Below are positions 1 to 11,200 of a DNA stretch of 64,000 nucleotides, one piece after another. The DNA is from the human T2T-CHM13v2.0 reference genome, Homo sapiens. A program made the position numbers and the translations under genes. Each line of letters opens with the position of its first letter. Position 1 is the stretch's first letter. The notes beneath the pieces are model-generated. The model made no database searches. It saw only the letters and a program-made list of their open reading frames with translations, and was not told the origin of the DNA. Location of the stretch: assembly GCF_009914755.1 (NCBI RefSeq), contig NC_060930.1; one strand, 5' to 3'.

Positions 1-1827
1 GCAGAGAAGGGCTGGATCTAGACATGTTCCTTTTGTACCCTCTCCGGCACAAACTGCTAATAAGACTGTTCTGTTTGTCAGCAAGAGAGCCAGAGACTGC
101 CAATGGCTATGTGGCCATTTCCCTGGTGGGAAGGCCCTAAAGAAAGCTGGCAAGTGAGTGGTACCCTGAGGGGCTACAAGTGGGTCTTGACAGAAATAGA
201 CACTGGCTCTGGAGTGGACTTTGCTTACCTGGTGGAAGATGAAAATTTTTAGAGTGCCATAAAAAAAAAAAAAAAAAACCAGAACAGAAAATATCGCATG
301 GATTTGGATGGCCAACCATCCTTTTTTCAGACCAAGGAACACAGTGTACAGCCCATAATATCCAGCAATGAGCAGATAGCTATCCTCCTCAGAGTAAGAG
401 TTTGATAGAGAAGTGGAATGGGCAATTAAAACATCAGTTGCTGGCCGGGAGCAGTGGCTCACACCTGTAATTCCAGCACTTTGGGAGGCTGATGCGGGTG
501 GATCACTTAGGTCAGGAGCTCGAGACCAGCCTGACCAACATGGCGAAACACCGTCTCTACAAAAAATACAAAAATACAAAAAATAAAAAAATTAGCTGGG
601 CATAGTGGCACACACCTATAATCCCAGCTACTCCAGGGGCTGAGGCAGGAGGCAGGAGAATGCTTGAACTCAGGAGGCGGAGATTGCAGTGGGCCGAGAT
701 TGCACCACTGCACTCCAGCCTGGGTGACAGAGTGAGACTTTGTCTCAAAAATAAATAAATGAAATAAAAATAAAAATTGGTTTTCTAAGACAAAGTCGAG
801 ATGAAAGCACGCAGGGCTGGCTTACATGCCTTCACAAGTGCGTGCTCACCTCAACATGAGTGGGACTGAAGAGGCGTCCCCACTGGGTTTTTCTCTGTTT
901 TTCTGGTTGATCTGGGGAAGATGGGGCAGGGAGGATGCTGGTATGACGATGCAATTCTTGCCAAGGGAGGAGTACACTGGTATAACGACTATATATATTT
1001 TTTCTTCCCCAAATCACCTTAAAAATTTTTTTCCCCTGCCTGATGCAGTGGTTCTAGGACCAGGGCTGCAACCAAAAGTGCTGGAAGCAGGGATGATTTC
1101 TAAGCAAGACACTGTCACTATGCTTTTAAACCTTACATCAGAATTCTTAAGTGCCTAATGGGGGAGGGTTGTGCCTTTACCCCATCTAGCAAAAGTGGGG
1201 CTAAGAGTGAATGCAGCTATATTGCCTGGTGGTAAAAATAGCTCACCAGTTCTGCACCTATGTAACTTTACCCTATCTGAATGGGAGCGAACTGAGGAGG
1301 AAGTACTTGCTAAGCTTGTATTGCTGCCTGCAAACTAGACTAGCACAGTGGCGATTCTAATGTCCCTTCCAAAGGTGAAAAAGTTTGGGTATTAATGGAG
1401 AGAAGGAGAAACAGTAGCTGAGGGTAAAGGAATGAATAAATGGGTTATAAATGGAGGGAAGTCCAACATTACATTAACACCTTCAAAGAGACTCAGAGCA
1501 AGTGACAACATTATTGCTTAGCTCAATTATAACAGATGCCCAAAAGGTGAAAACGATGTTTGCTGAGACCATTCATGCTTTTGGAACCTGACAAGATTGA
1601 AAGGAAGCCTACAAGCCTGAGTGGCCTCCCCTGGGAGACATATTCGTACCTTACAATGATTGACTGGACTAATTACTAATGACTGAATGGGATTCTCGCA
1701 ATGTGGCAGTATGTTTCTTTTTTTTAAACTAAAAATAATTCCCAGAACTGAGCAGATGTGGCAGTATGTTTTGAGTTGTACATTCTTTTGATGTGAAGGA
1801 TTCATGTTTGAAAACAAGGGAATGGCC
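1..1827 (+). mobile_element. Decayed ERVL-type endogenous retrovirus internal region (integrase followed by dUTPase-like segment), interrupted by an Alu
   Basis: Manual translation gives CSVCQQE (67-87, CxxC of the HHCC zinc finger), WQV, GYKWVLTEIDTGSGVDFAY (from 172), FGWPTILFSDQGTQCTAHNIQQ* (from 303) and YPPQSKSLIEKWNGQLKHQL (381-440), which are retroviral integrase core motifs. [12 protein letters not shown] follows the Alu. A dUTPase-like stretch ending ...LAKLVLLP lies at ~1080-1330, and IN followed by dUTPase is the ERVL arrangement. Stops and frameshifts are present. Confidence 0.85.
443..776 (+). mobile_element. Alu (AluS-type), full length, inserted in the ERV integrase
   Basis: GGCCGGGAGCAGTGGCTCACACCTGTAA start, A-rich linker, right arm and A-rich tail. 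Confidence 0.95.
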
Positions 1828-1838
1828 TGTGATATTAC

Positions 1839-1874
<36 letters not shown>

Positions 1875-2446
1875 GGTTTTGTCCATGGTTCCTGGCTCAT
1901 AATTCCCATAGCTTTTGATACAATCTTGATACAGACATAGCCTTTGATACACAGTTGTCATAACATGGTTGTCATAATGTTGGGGTGCTTACAGAATCTT
2001 GCTCTCTAAATTTCTCCTGTCCTCCTTTTACCTGCCCAAGGCAAGACTCTAATCTGATTGTAGGTCAAAAGACCCTTATTCCAGAGAGGGTCCTGCCCCA
2101 TCCTCTGGAGGAAAGAATGCTGCACAGAGAGGCCAAGAAGAATCCAAACAGACAGGCCCTGCTGGGTTCCCACTCTGTATGTTAGTGTGAGATCATACTC
2201 TTTTTGTCCAATCATATTTCTACGGAGTTGTCAGTCATGCCTACGTAATGAAGCCTCCATAAAACTCCAAAAGGACAGCATTCGGAGAACTTCCGGATAG
2301 CTGAACACGAGGTTCCTGGAGTGTGGCCAGCCCAGGGAGGGCATGGAAGCTCCGTGACCCTCCCCACATACCTTGCCCTATGCACCTCTTCATTGTATCA
2401 TTTGTAATATTTTTTATGGTACATCAGTAAATGTAAAAAAAAAAAA
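1828..2446 (+). mobile_element. 3' LTR (MER21A/B-like) truncated at its poly(A) site and ending in A12
   Basis: A polypurine-tract-like AAACAAGGGAATGGCC is followed by the TGTGATATT LTR start. The LTR contains a (TG)n and MER21/MER4-type blocks (CCAGAGAGGGTCCTGCCCCA, GGAGGGCATGGAAGCTCC). It ends at CAGTAAATGT followed by A12 (2435-2446). Confidence 0.75.
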
Positions 2447-2534
2447 GACAATAGAAAAGAAAGAGGTCACCAGGAGCCAGCATGGGCTCCCCACAACTAG
2501 TTGTGTCAGGTCAACTGAAAAAATAGGAGTGTTG

Positions 2535-2771
2535 AGAAATAGATAAGAAATATCCATTGAATCAAATTCAAAAAGCACAAAAGGTATACTATGAAAAGTC
2601 TTCCTCTCACCCTTCACTCTTAGCCAAACAGTTCCTCTATATGAATCTGTCTTTCTATATATCTATCATCATCTATCATCTATTTTTAATCTATTATCTA
2701 TTTATCATCTAATCTTTTTCATCTATCTTTTCATCTACCTATTATCTATGATCTATATAATCTTTTTCATT

Positions 2772-2816
<45 letters not shown>

Positions 2817-3320
2817 ATCTAATCTACCTACCTACCCTTTAAAAAAACAAACTGTAGCATATTTTCCTTGCCATTTAAAAACTCTAACTTTCCTTTCCTC
2901 TAACAATGTGTCTTGAAGATTTTTACATAGCAGTGCATGTGAAGCTGCCTCATTCTTTTCATGCTGGTGGAGCACCGTGGTATAGATGCCTCATCATGGA
3001 TTCAACTAGCCTCCGAAAGTCTCCAGTCTTTGTCTCTTATCAAGATTTCCACAGTGAATAATGCATCATTGCCGACACACAGGGAGTTGTCAACAGGGTT
3101 GTATGTCTATATATCACTTCCCACGTGGTTGATACATGTGATATGTATGTGTTTCTGTAGAATAAATACTCAGAGGTGAAATTGTTGAGCCAAAGAATGT
3201 ATGTGTGTTTAATATTTACAGGTATTGTCAAATTTCCAAATTTCATAGAAGTTGTGGCCATTTTTGAATGTCTGAGGGGGTCTTTTTCCCTATATTTTTG
3301 CTGATGGTGTGAAAAGAGAG
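2535..3320 (-). mobile_element. Old L1M (L1MC/L1ME-like) 3' region
   Basis: Degenerate antisense L1M motifs (AATCAAATTCAAAAAG, GCTGCCTCATTCTTTT, TTCTGTAGAATAAATACTCAGAGGTGAAATTG). Confidence 0.6.
2650..2835 (+). repeat. (TATC)n tetranucleotide microsatellite with degenerate flanks
   Basis: About 10 perfect TATC units at 2775-2816 within a TCTA/TCAT-rich tract. Confidence 0.95.
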
Positions 3321-3329
3321 TAAATGAAA

Positions 3330-3939
<610 letters not shown>

Positions 3940-4139
3940 CTAGCTAATGATTCCGACGAGGGCCTAGATGTGATTCTGTTCCCCCTGGGTGGAAAAGTGA
4001 GCCATCAGTGAGAGAATCAGGACTCAGAAGAACCAAGACAGGTGGCCACGATACAAGGAAGAATACAGGACACAGTGATACCAGGTGACATTTCCAGGTC
4101 CCAAATGCCAACTACATAATGAGAGAGGGTAAATGTACC

Positions 4140-4460
4140 TAGTGCAAAAGACTTAGAGAATTTTGACAACTCCCTGTGTGTCAGCAATGATGTGTAGTAA
4201 TCTGAAGAGCAAGGCAATTATAGGGTGGGTTAATGGACATATCGTATCCAGAATGAGAGAGGCGGTTGGCCCCCTGGGCTCAGCAGCAGCAAGTCCAAAT
4301 GAGGGGAACTGGGTTCGGCTAGGGGACAGTAAGGTGGGAGACACAGTGGAGTCTGTTCAAGGAGCACACAGGGAGTTAAATAATTGTAAAGGAGGCTTCG
4401 TGAGAAATGGGTAAAGAACTAGAATGTTGAGCTTGGAAAAGAATGGACTTGGGGGACCTT
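4140..4460 (+). mobile_element. CR1/L3 LINE fragment (ORF2 C-terminal region)
   Basis: ORF 4163-4414 reads KSKAIIGWVNGHIVSRMREAVGPLGSAAASP, resembling the recalled CR1 sequence [31 protein letters not shown]. A downstream KELxxxSLEK-like motif lies at ~4412-4457. Confidence 0.7.
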
Positions 4461-4531
4461 CTTTTGCAAGAAGAGCTCTTCTAGGAGGAAGGGACTTAGG
4501 TGGGTTGTGTGTCTAAAAATGGTGGAATGCT

Positions 4532-4665
4532 GGCCAGTTGCAGTGGTTCACGCCTGCAATCCTAGCACTTTGGGAGGCCGAGGGGGAGGATCGCTTGAGG
4601 CTAGGAGTTCGACACTAGTCTGGACGACATAATGAGACCCCCGTCTCTACAAAAACAATAAAAAA
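4532..4665 (+). mobile_element. Free left Alu monomer (FLAM/AluJ left arm)
   Basis: GGCCAGTTGCAGTGGTTCACGCCTG...GGAGGATCGCTTGAGG...CCCGTCTCTAC followed by an A tail; no right arm. Confidence 0.85.
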
Positions 4666-5172
4666 TGATGGGACAAGGCTGAGTGGAAGACGGAAGAAGA
4701 CAGACATTGTGCCATGCCTTTTCCTACATTTATTTGTGAATTCTATGTGAAAATTTGTAATCTTTGAGTATTCCAAGCCATTTCCAACCCAGGTGTGTTC
4801 TCATCTACACCTTGTTGAATGCCTGAACCTTAAGTCTTGAGGAAACAATGCCTCCTCTAAAATCCACCTGAAGGAAATGAGCAACTTCTAATTTGATCAC
4901 TAATCAGCACAGAGGAGGCTTATAATGGTGGCCACAGGGCTGGGGACTTGGCCTTCCCTGCGCTACCCTGTCACTGACTTGGCAGACAGCGTGACTGGCT
5001 GGCTCCTCACATCGCCGCCTATCCCTGCTCCCAAACGTCTGGGCGCTCAGGGAAAATTAGGAGGGAAGGGAGACCTGGCTCCTGTTCTCAGAGAACAGGA
5101 CAGGCTCTAGGAGCTGGAGCCGGTGTGGTGATTATATCCTGCGCCAGGCAGAAGGCAAAGGGCAGCCTCCAA

Positions 5173-5195
5173 ACTACACTTCCCGTAGCACTCTG
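5173..5195 (+). promoter_or_regulatory. ACTACAnnTCCC (ZNF143/THAP11 SBS2-type) motif in a mildly CpG-enriched island
   Basis: ACTACACTTCCCGTAGCACTCTG, with several retained CpGs at 4960-5190. Confidence 0.45.
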
Positions 5196-5199
5196 GGTC

Positions 5200-5432
5200 A
5201 GTGCTGTCTCATAGAACTATACTGTGAGCCATATCTCTATTTTAAAATTTTCTAGAAGCCTCATCAAAAAGTAAAATGCACAGGTGAACTTGCAATCAAT
5301 ATATGAAAACTTGTTGAGATAATTTACATTATTTTTCATGCAAACACTTCACAATGTGGCATGTATTCCACACCAGAGCATGTCTTGATTTGGGCCAGCC
5401 ATGTTTCAAATGCTCAACAGCCGCGTGTATGG
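5200..5432. mobile_element. hAT-Charlie MITE (MER33-like)
   Basis: CAGTGCTGTCTCATAGAACT terminus; GCCATGTTTCAAATGCTCAACAGCCGCGTGT. Confidence 0.7.
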
Positions 5433-6727
5433 ATGGTGGGGTCTTGGTCAGTCACCTGTCTCACTGGTCCTCCCTTGCATGAAGGAGCCAGGGCTGCCAG
5501 TGGGTGTGCAGAGACTTGATGTCACCAGTCTAGTCTGTTCTACTGGTGCCCGCCCAGCTGTGGAAGGGGCTCCTGGGGATCCACAGGGGTGATTTGCTGA
5601 GTGCACATTTCTGTCTGGGAAGGGAGCCCATGCCTGTGTGTGCCCGCTGTTTTCCAGTTATGGTAAATATTAACGAAGCAGTGGGAGCCAGGCCCTCCAG
5701 GAGGCCTGGGCTCCCCCACGGGGAGGAATGGAGATAATGCTGTGTACCTTAGATAGGGCTTTAAACCTGGCCTCTGAGGCTGCAGGGTTTGAGCTGCCAG
5801 GGAAACATGGGCATGACTTTTGTTCCCAGGACCAGGATTCCTTGCTGGGAGATTCTCAGAACCCGCAGACCTCAGGAGTGCCACTTGCCTCCACATTTGC
5901 AATGGCCTCACCCCACTTCTTACAGTCTCCCACTCACAACCCACCCTCTTCACTTAAAGAGCTCTTCTCTCCAAATCCACTTGCCAACAAGCCAGCTCAG
6001 CCAAACTTAAGGGGATGGGAAACAGATTGGGTTCAGATGATTTCTTTAAAAAAGAAACCCAAACCAATAAGCACGTACTGAGCGCTTGCAGACGCTGGGC
6101 TGTCACATACACTTCCTCCTTCTCGCAGCAAGCAGGGCTGTGGCTGTCACCCCAGCCCAGGAGAGGGACGTGAGAGCCAAAGGAGTCAGCATCACAGCCT
6201 GGAGACAAAGCTGGGATTTTGACTGGATGCCATCTAGTTAGCTATCAGAAAGTTCTCTCCAAGAGGGGAGAACACTAGTGTTTATTTGCATTTGCATAAA
6301 CAAACACTGAAAAAATACGTAAGAAACTAATGTAAGTGATTACATGTGGTGGAGGGAATGGGAAGGTGGGGGGGGGTGCGGGTACTGGGAGTGAGAATTC
6401 TCAAGGATAATTACTTTGATATTTGAACTGTGAGGATATATTACCTAATTTGAAAAACAAGTGAGATGAAATTTTAACTGTTTATTTATTTTTTCCTGGT
6501 AGATGAAGATGTTTTCAGAGTAAATGAGCTTGAACACCTAATTGAAACTGATTTGATATCCAGAATGTATGTAAGGGTTTTATTTTATTTTCAATAAAGA
6601 TAATCCACTTACATGACCAAAAAAAGTGAGTTCTTTCTGGTCATGGCATGGAATTAGTCTTCTTCAACTTCTATGTTTGGCTCCCAGTTTCCAGTACGAC
6701 GAGGAAAACCACCTCCTTCTATCACTC

Positions 6728-6990
6728 AGCCCCCAACTTGAGTGGGGAGATGAAGCTGTGTCCTCAGGGAGCCGCAGTCTGAGGGAGCCCCAGTCTGAGG
6801 GGAGACACAGCCCCATCCTCAGGGGGGTCCCAGTCTGAGGCGAGATGCAGCCTTTCTCAGGGGGGCCCGGTCTGAGGGGAGATGTAGCCCTGTCCTCAGG
6901 GAACCTCAGTCTGAGGGAAGACACAGCCCCGTCCTTAGGGGGCCTCAGTCTGAGGGGAGACGCAGAGCTTTGCCCTGAGGGAGTTCCCAA
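6728..6990 (+). repeat. Minisatellite, ~39-bp unit, about 6 copies
   Basis: C(A/G)GTCTGAGG recurs at 6775, 6791, 6831, 6868, 6907 and 6946; consensus approximately CAGTCTGAGGGGAGACACAGCCCTGTCCTCAGGGGGCCC. Confidence 0.9.
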
Positions 6991-8609
6991 GCCCAGCTTC
7001 TCTGGGTCAGGTAAAATTAGTGGAGGGAATTCCTCTGTGTTCTGAAGCATCCACTTCCTCTCTGGGCCTGGCTCCCCTTCCCGTCGCAGGAAACCTCCTA
7101 AGTTCCCAGCCTATTCTGTGTGTCAACACTTGTTTCCCCGGAGTGCTTGTCCTTGGTCCCTGGAAGGGGTTTATGTGTCCTTCCTTGCCTTCAGCCTCTT
7201 CTGAAGCCAGGGAATGCATGTCCTGAGGGGCTGGGGGAGGCCTGTGCTGGCTTCCTCGATAGCTCCCCAGGACACACGCTCTACACCTGCCACTCTGAGG
7301 GCTGAGCTGGGCTGGGCTGAGGGTGGGCCAGTGTGCCAGGTGGTGTGGAGCTCTGGGGGACTGCCCTGCCCTTTGCCCATGCAGCGTGTGGGCACTGAGA
7401 CTGCGGGAGAGCCCAGGGACTTCTCCCGGCTCAGGGATCACGTCCAGTGAGACTATCTGGAGACAGGCAGGAGGATGAGTGCGAGGCCTTCAATCCTTCT
7501 TGGAGTTCACAAAGTCATTGACCTGGGAAGGGAAGGGCATGCCAGGGCAGGGCAGACTGGGCACACTTGCTGTGTTTTCTTCTGAGCAGAGGGTGCTGCC
7601 TTCAGCTGAGATGGAGGGCCGAGCCCTAGCTCCAGCCAGGCTCCTCAGCACCCTTGAGGGGCAGCTAGTGGCCTGCAGTTACCACCACCTCCCAGGGAAG
7701 GGCCGTACCTGCCACTCCCCCAACTTGCATTCCCCTTTCTTCCCCCACTGGCAGAGGAGGGGTCCTAGGGGTCTAGACCAGGCCTGAGAGGCTGGAGTAA
7801 TGTATGCGGATGGAATGATGGAATCTGGTTGGGAGACAGGTGGCAATGAAATGAACCCCTTTTTGGATACTCCCCTCTGAGCTCACCCACCCGTCAGTCT
7901 TCTTGTCTCCATTCTTGACCTCCTTCCAACCTGGCTGCGAAGGTGACAGGGAGACCCCAGCTGCCTGCAGGGTCTGAGCAAGGACCAGATGGAGAGAGCA
8001 GCCATGCTAGACAGAGTGCAGACTAGAATCTGTGATTCCCAGCACCTGAGAGTTAGAGAGGGAGGGATCTTGGGTCATCCAGTCCAATGCCCTCATTGGC
8101 CAAGTGGGGTAACTGAGACCCATAGAGGTTTTTCCAAAACATACTGGAGAAACCACAGGAGAAGGCCCAATGATGGGACCTAGAAAGCAATTTGCTGGGG
8201 TGATGTGGGAAAATGCCAAGGTCAGAGTGAGTGAGGTGGCAAAGGAGACAGATACCCAGTGGGATGGAGGAGGGGCTGGGGTGTTTGCCCAGAGTAGCAG
8301 GGCTGCAGGAAAAGAAAACGAAGCATTTAGGATTCTTGCAAGATAAGACCTCAGGCAACCCCAAGGGTCAGCGGTCAGCTGGTCAGCTCCTTAGGAATGT
8401 GGGCCAGTCAGCAGCACCTTTGACTCGGCACCCTTGCTCTATAGCCCAGAGTGATCTTGCAAAAGTCATTCCCCCACAGAGGTCTTAGTCTCTCCATCTG
8501 CAAAGGGAAGCCAGCACACAGCCTTCTCAAAGGACCTCCCATCTCCACATTTCTACATCACAGAGAATGACACAATAGATTTGAGATACTTTTCTCTGTT
8601 TGGCATTTC

Positions 8610-9090
<481 letters not shown>

Positions 9091-9732
9091 TTTTGGTAAT
9101 TAAGAGGGCAGTTGATTGCTATGCAGTTGTTGATGGCTCGTAGTGGGTTTCTTTTTTAATGAATGAACTGAGACAAGGGCCTCCTTGGGGCATTTTAAGG
9201 ACAGCCTGGCTCTAGGGAGGTCCACATCCTATTCCAGATGCCACCCACACCCAGGCTGGAGAGCCCAGAGAACAGTGAGACCTAGGCCTGGAAGCACCTA
9301 GAACCCTACTGCAGGAGCAGCAAGGCCACCCTGGTGTCCCCAGCCCAGTGTCTCTGGGCCTGGGTTTTGGGCTTGGGCCTCAGAGGGAGCATCAGCAGCC
9401 CCTACCCCACCTCCATCCAGCTGGAGGCACCCTACCATGAGGGTGGCTAGAGATAGGGGAACAGCGAGAGGCATCCTGTGGAGGGTTTTCAAGAGGCTGT
9501 CCTGCTGAGGGTCAATATTTGCTCAGCTCTTGGACTGGCGCAGTCTATCACTGCCTCTGGCCCCTTACATTCCGGCCATCGCACCCCTATCTCAGGAACG
9601 TGCTCCCATCAACTCGGGAAACCACGCCCGACATGGGCAGTGGTCTGCCTTGGTCAGCCACTGCTCCCACCCCCGCTCCCAGGCAGGAAACCAGAGGCCC
9701 CACGAGGGAAGAGGTTTTGTACTCAGGCAGGT

Positions 9733-9781
9733 GCCTGGGAGATGCAGGCCAAGCCTGGGAGATGCAGGCCAAGCCTGGGAG
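9733..9781 (+). repeat. Perfect 20-bp tandem duplication (2.4 copies)
   Basis: GCCTGGGAGATGCAGGCCAA twice, then GCCTGGGAG. Confidence 0.95.
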
Positions 9782-10749
9782 CTGGGCACTGCCCTATCTG
9801 CCACCCCTTGATGAAGCCTCTGCCTCCTTGCCAGCTGCAGCCAATGGGGCAGGGGGCAGGACCTCACCAGCTTCCCTCCTAGAATCCTTCTTAAATTAGA
9901 TAATTATTTCAGCAAACATTTCCTAGGCACCTACTGTATTCCCAAGAGGATTCAAAAGAAAAAAGACTCTTCCCGGGCTTTCTAGAAACTTGTACTCAAA
10001 TAGATTTATTTCAGCCATGAATAATGTCTAGGACCTCACTTAAAGGAAAAGAATCCTGAGGGACCCCAGTGTTACCTTAATATTAGATTCACTTAGATCT
10101 CTGCAAACATGCAACCAAGATACAAAACACTTTTCATGTTCAGCTTACATACAACTCAAAAAGAAGGATCAATTTGCAGTTTAATTACAAAGAAAACAAC
10201 AAACTGATTTCAAATGGAGGGCACACACTTTAGTGTGATGTCTCTTGCTGAAACCAAATCATCACTTGCAGTGTGAACAGTGTGCAGGCTTGTTCTTCTT
10301 TGAAGGGGGACCTAAGAGGAATTTGCTTTCACCGGACCCAATGCGCCATTTACATATTAAGTCCCACCCCTGCACTTTTCTCATTGGCCAGGACAACTGG
10401 CCCTAATGAGCTCATTGGGGAGTATGCTTAAACTCATTTCCTGAGGTTAGCTTGCAACTGAGAAAACCCTAGCCAATGAAGATGGAGGCCTCGGGACGGC
10501 ATTAATTCCAGAGAGGGTCAGGCTATGCCTTCCCCTTGGCCCTGACAGTGTCTAGAGCTCTTGACTTTCATCCATTACCTCATTTGCACCCCATTCAAAC
10601 CCGGAGAAGTGGGCAGGGCAAGTTCCTTCCGGGGTTCTTGAGTCTTTTACTCTGCCTCTGTGAGGGAAGGTGTAATTTTTTAAATTTCTACTTTTACAAG
10701 AAGAAAATAATATATATTTTTATGTCTCCCTTTTCTCTATAGAAGGTCG

Positions 10750-11200
10750 TGTACTTTGCACATGGCTCCGTAACTGTCTTGAGTTAATTCCATGTCTTTG
10801 GAGGATGTTCACTAATGGTACAAAAAGAATATCCTGATTTTTTTTTTACAGCTGCATAGTATTCCATTGTATGGCTGATCTGTCATGTATTAAACCAGGC
10901 TTTCCTTGAGTTAGGTCATTTCCATCTTTAGCTTTTACAAACAATCCTGCAGTCAATAATCTTGTACATGCGTCATTTCGCACGTAGTAGGTACATCTAT
11001 AGCATCGATTCCCAGACCTGGGATTGTTCCTCTTGCCAAGTTGTTCTCCACTGAGATTGTAACAATTAAACTTTCACCAACAATGCATGAGGGTGATTAT
11101 TTCCCCACAGCCTGGCCCACAAAGGGCGCTATCAATTTGTTTTTGGATTTTTGCCAATCTGATAGGTGAAACATTGTATCTTAATATAGTTCTAATTTGG
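10750..11200 (-). mobile_element. Old L1M fragment
   Basis: GCTGCATAGTATTCCATTGTATGG; TTTCACCAACAATGCATGAGGGTG; TTTTGCCAATCTGATAGGTGAAA. Confidence 0.75.

Noticed and set aside
507-748. Short ORFs such as '[17 protein letters not shown]' (also at 3597, 21391, 22906, 35173 and 48520)
   Set aside because: These are translations of Alu sequence, not genes.
6350-6390. G-quadruplex-capable runs (also ~43340-43385, 47395-47445, 59630-59670 and 60730-60760)
   Set aside because: Such runs are common in GC-rich human DNA, and nothing distinguishes these.
6728-6990. CRISPR-like appearance (partly palindromic repeats at regular spacing)
   Set aside because: The intervening sequences are copies of each other rather than unique spacers, there are no cas genes, and the DNA is primate.
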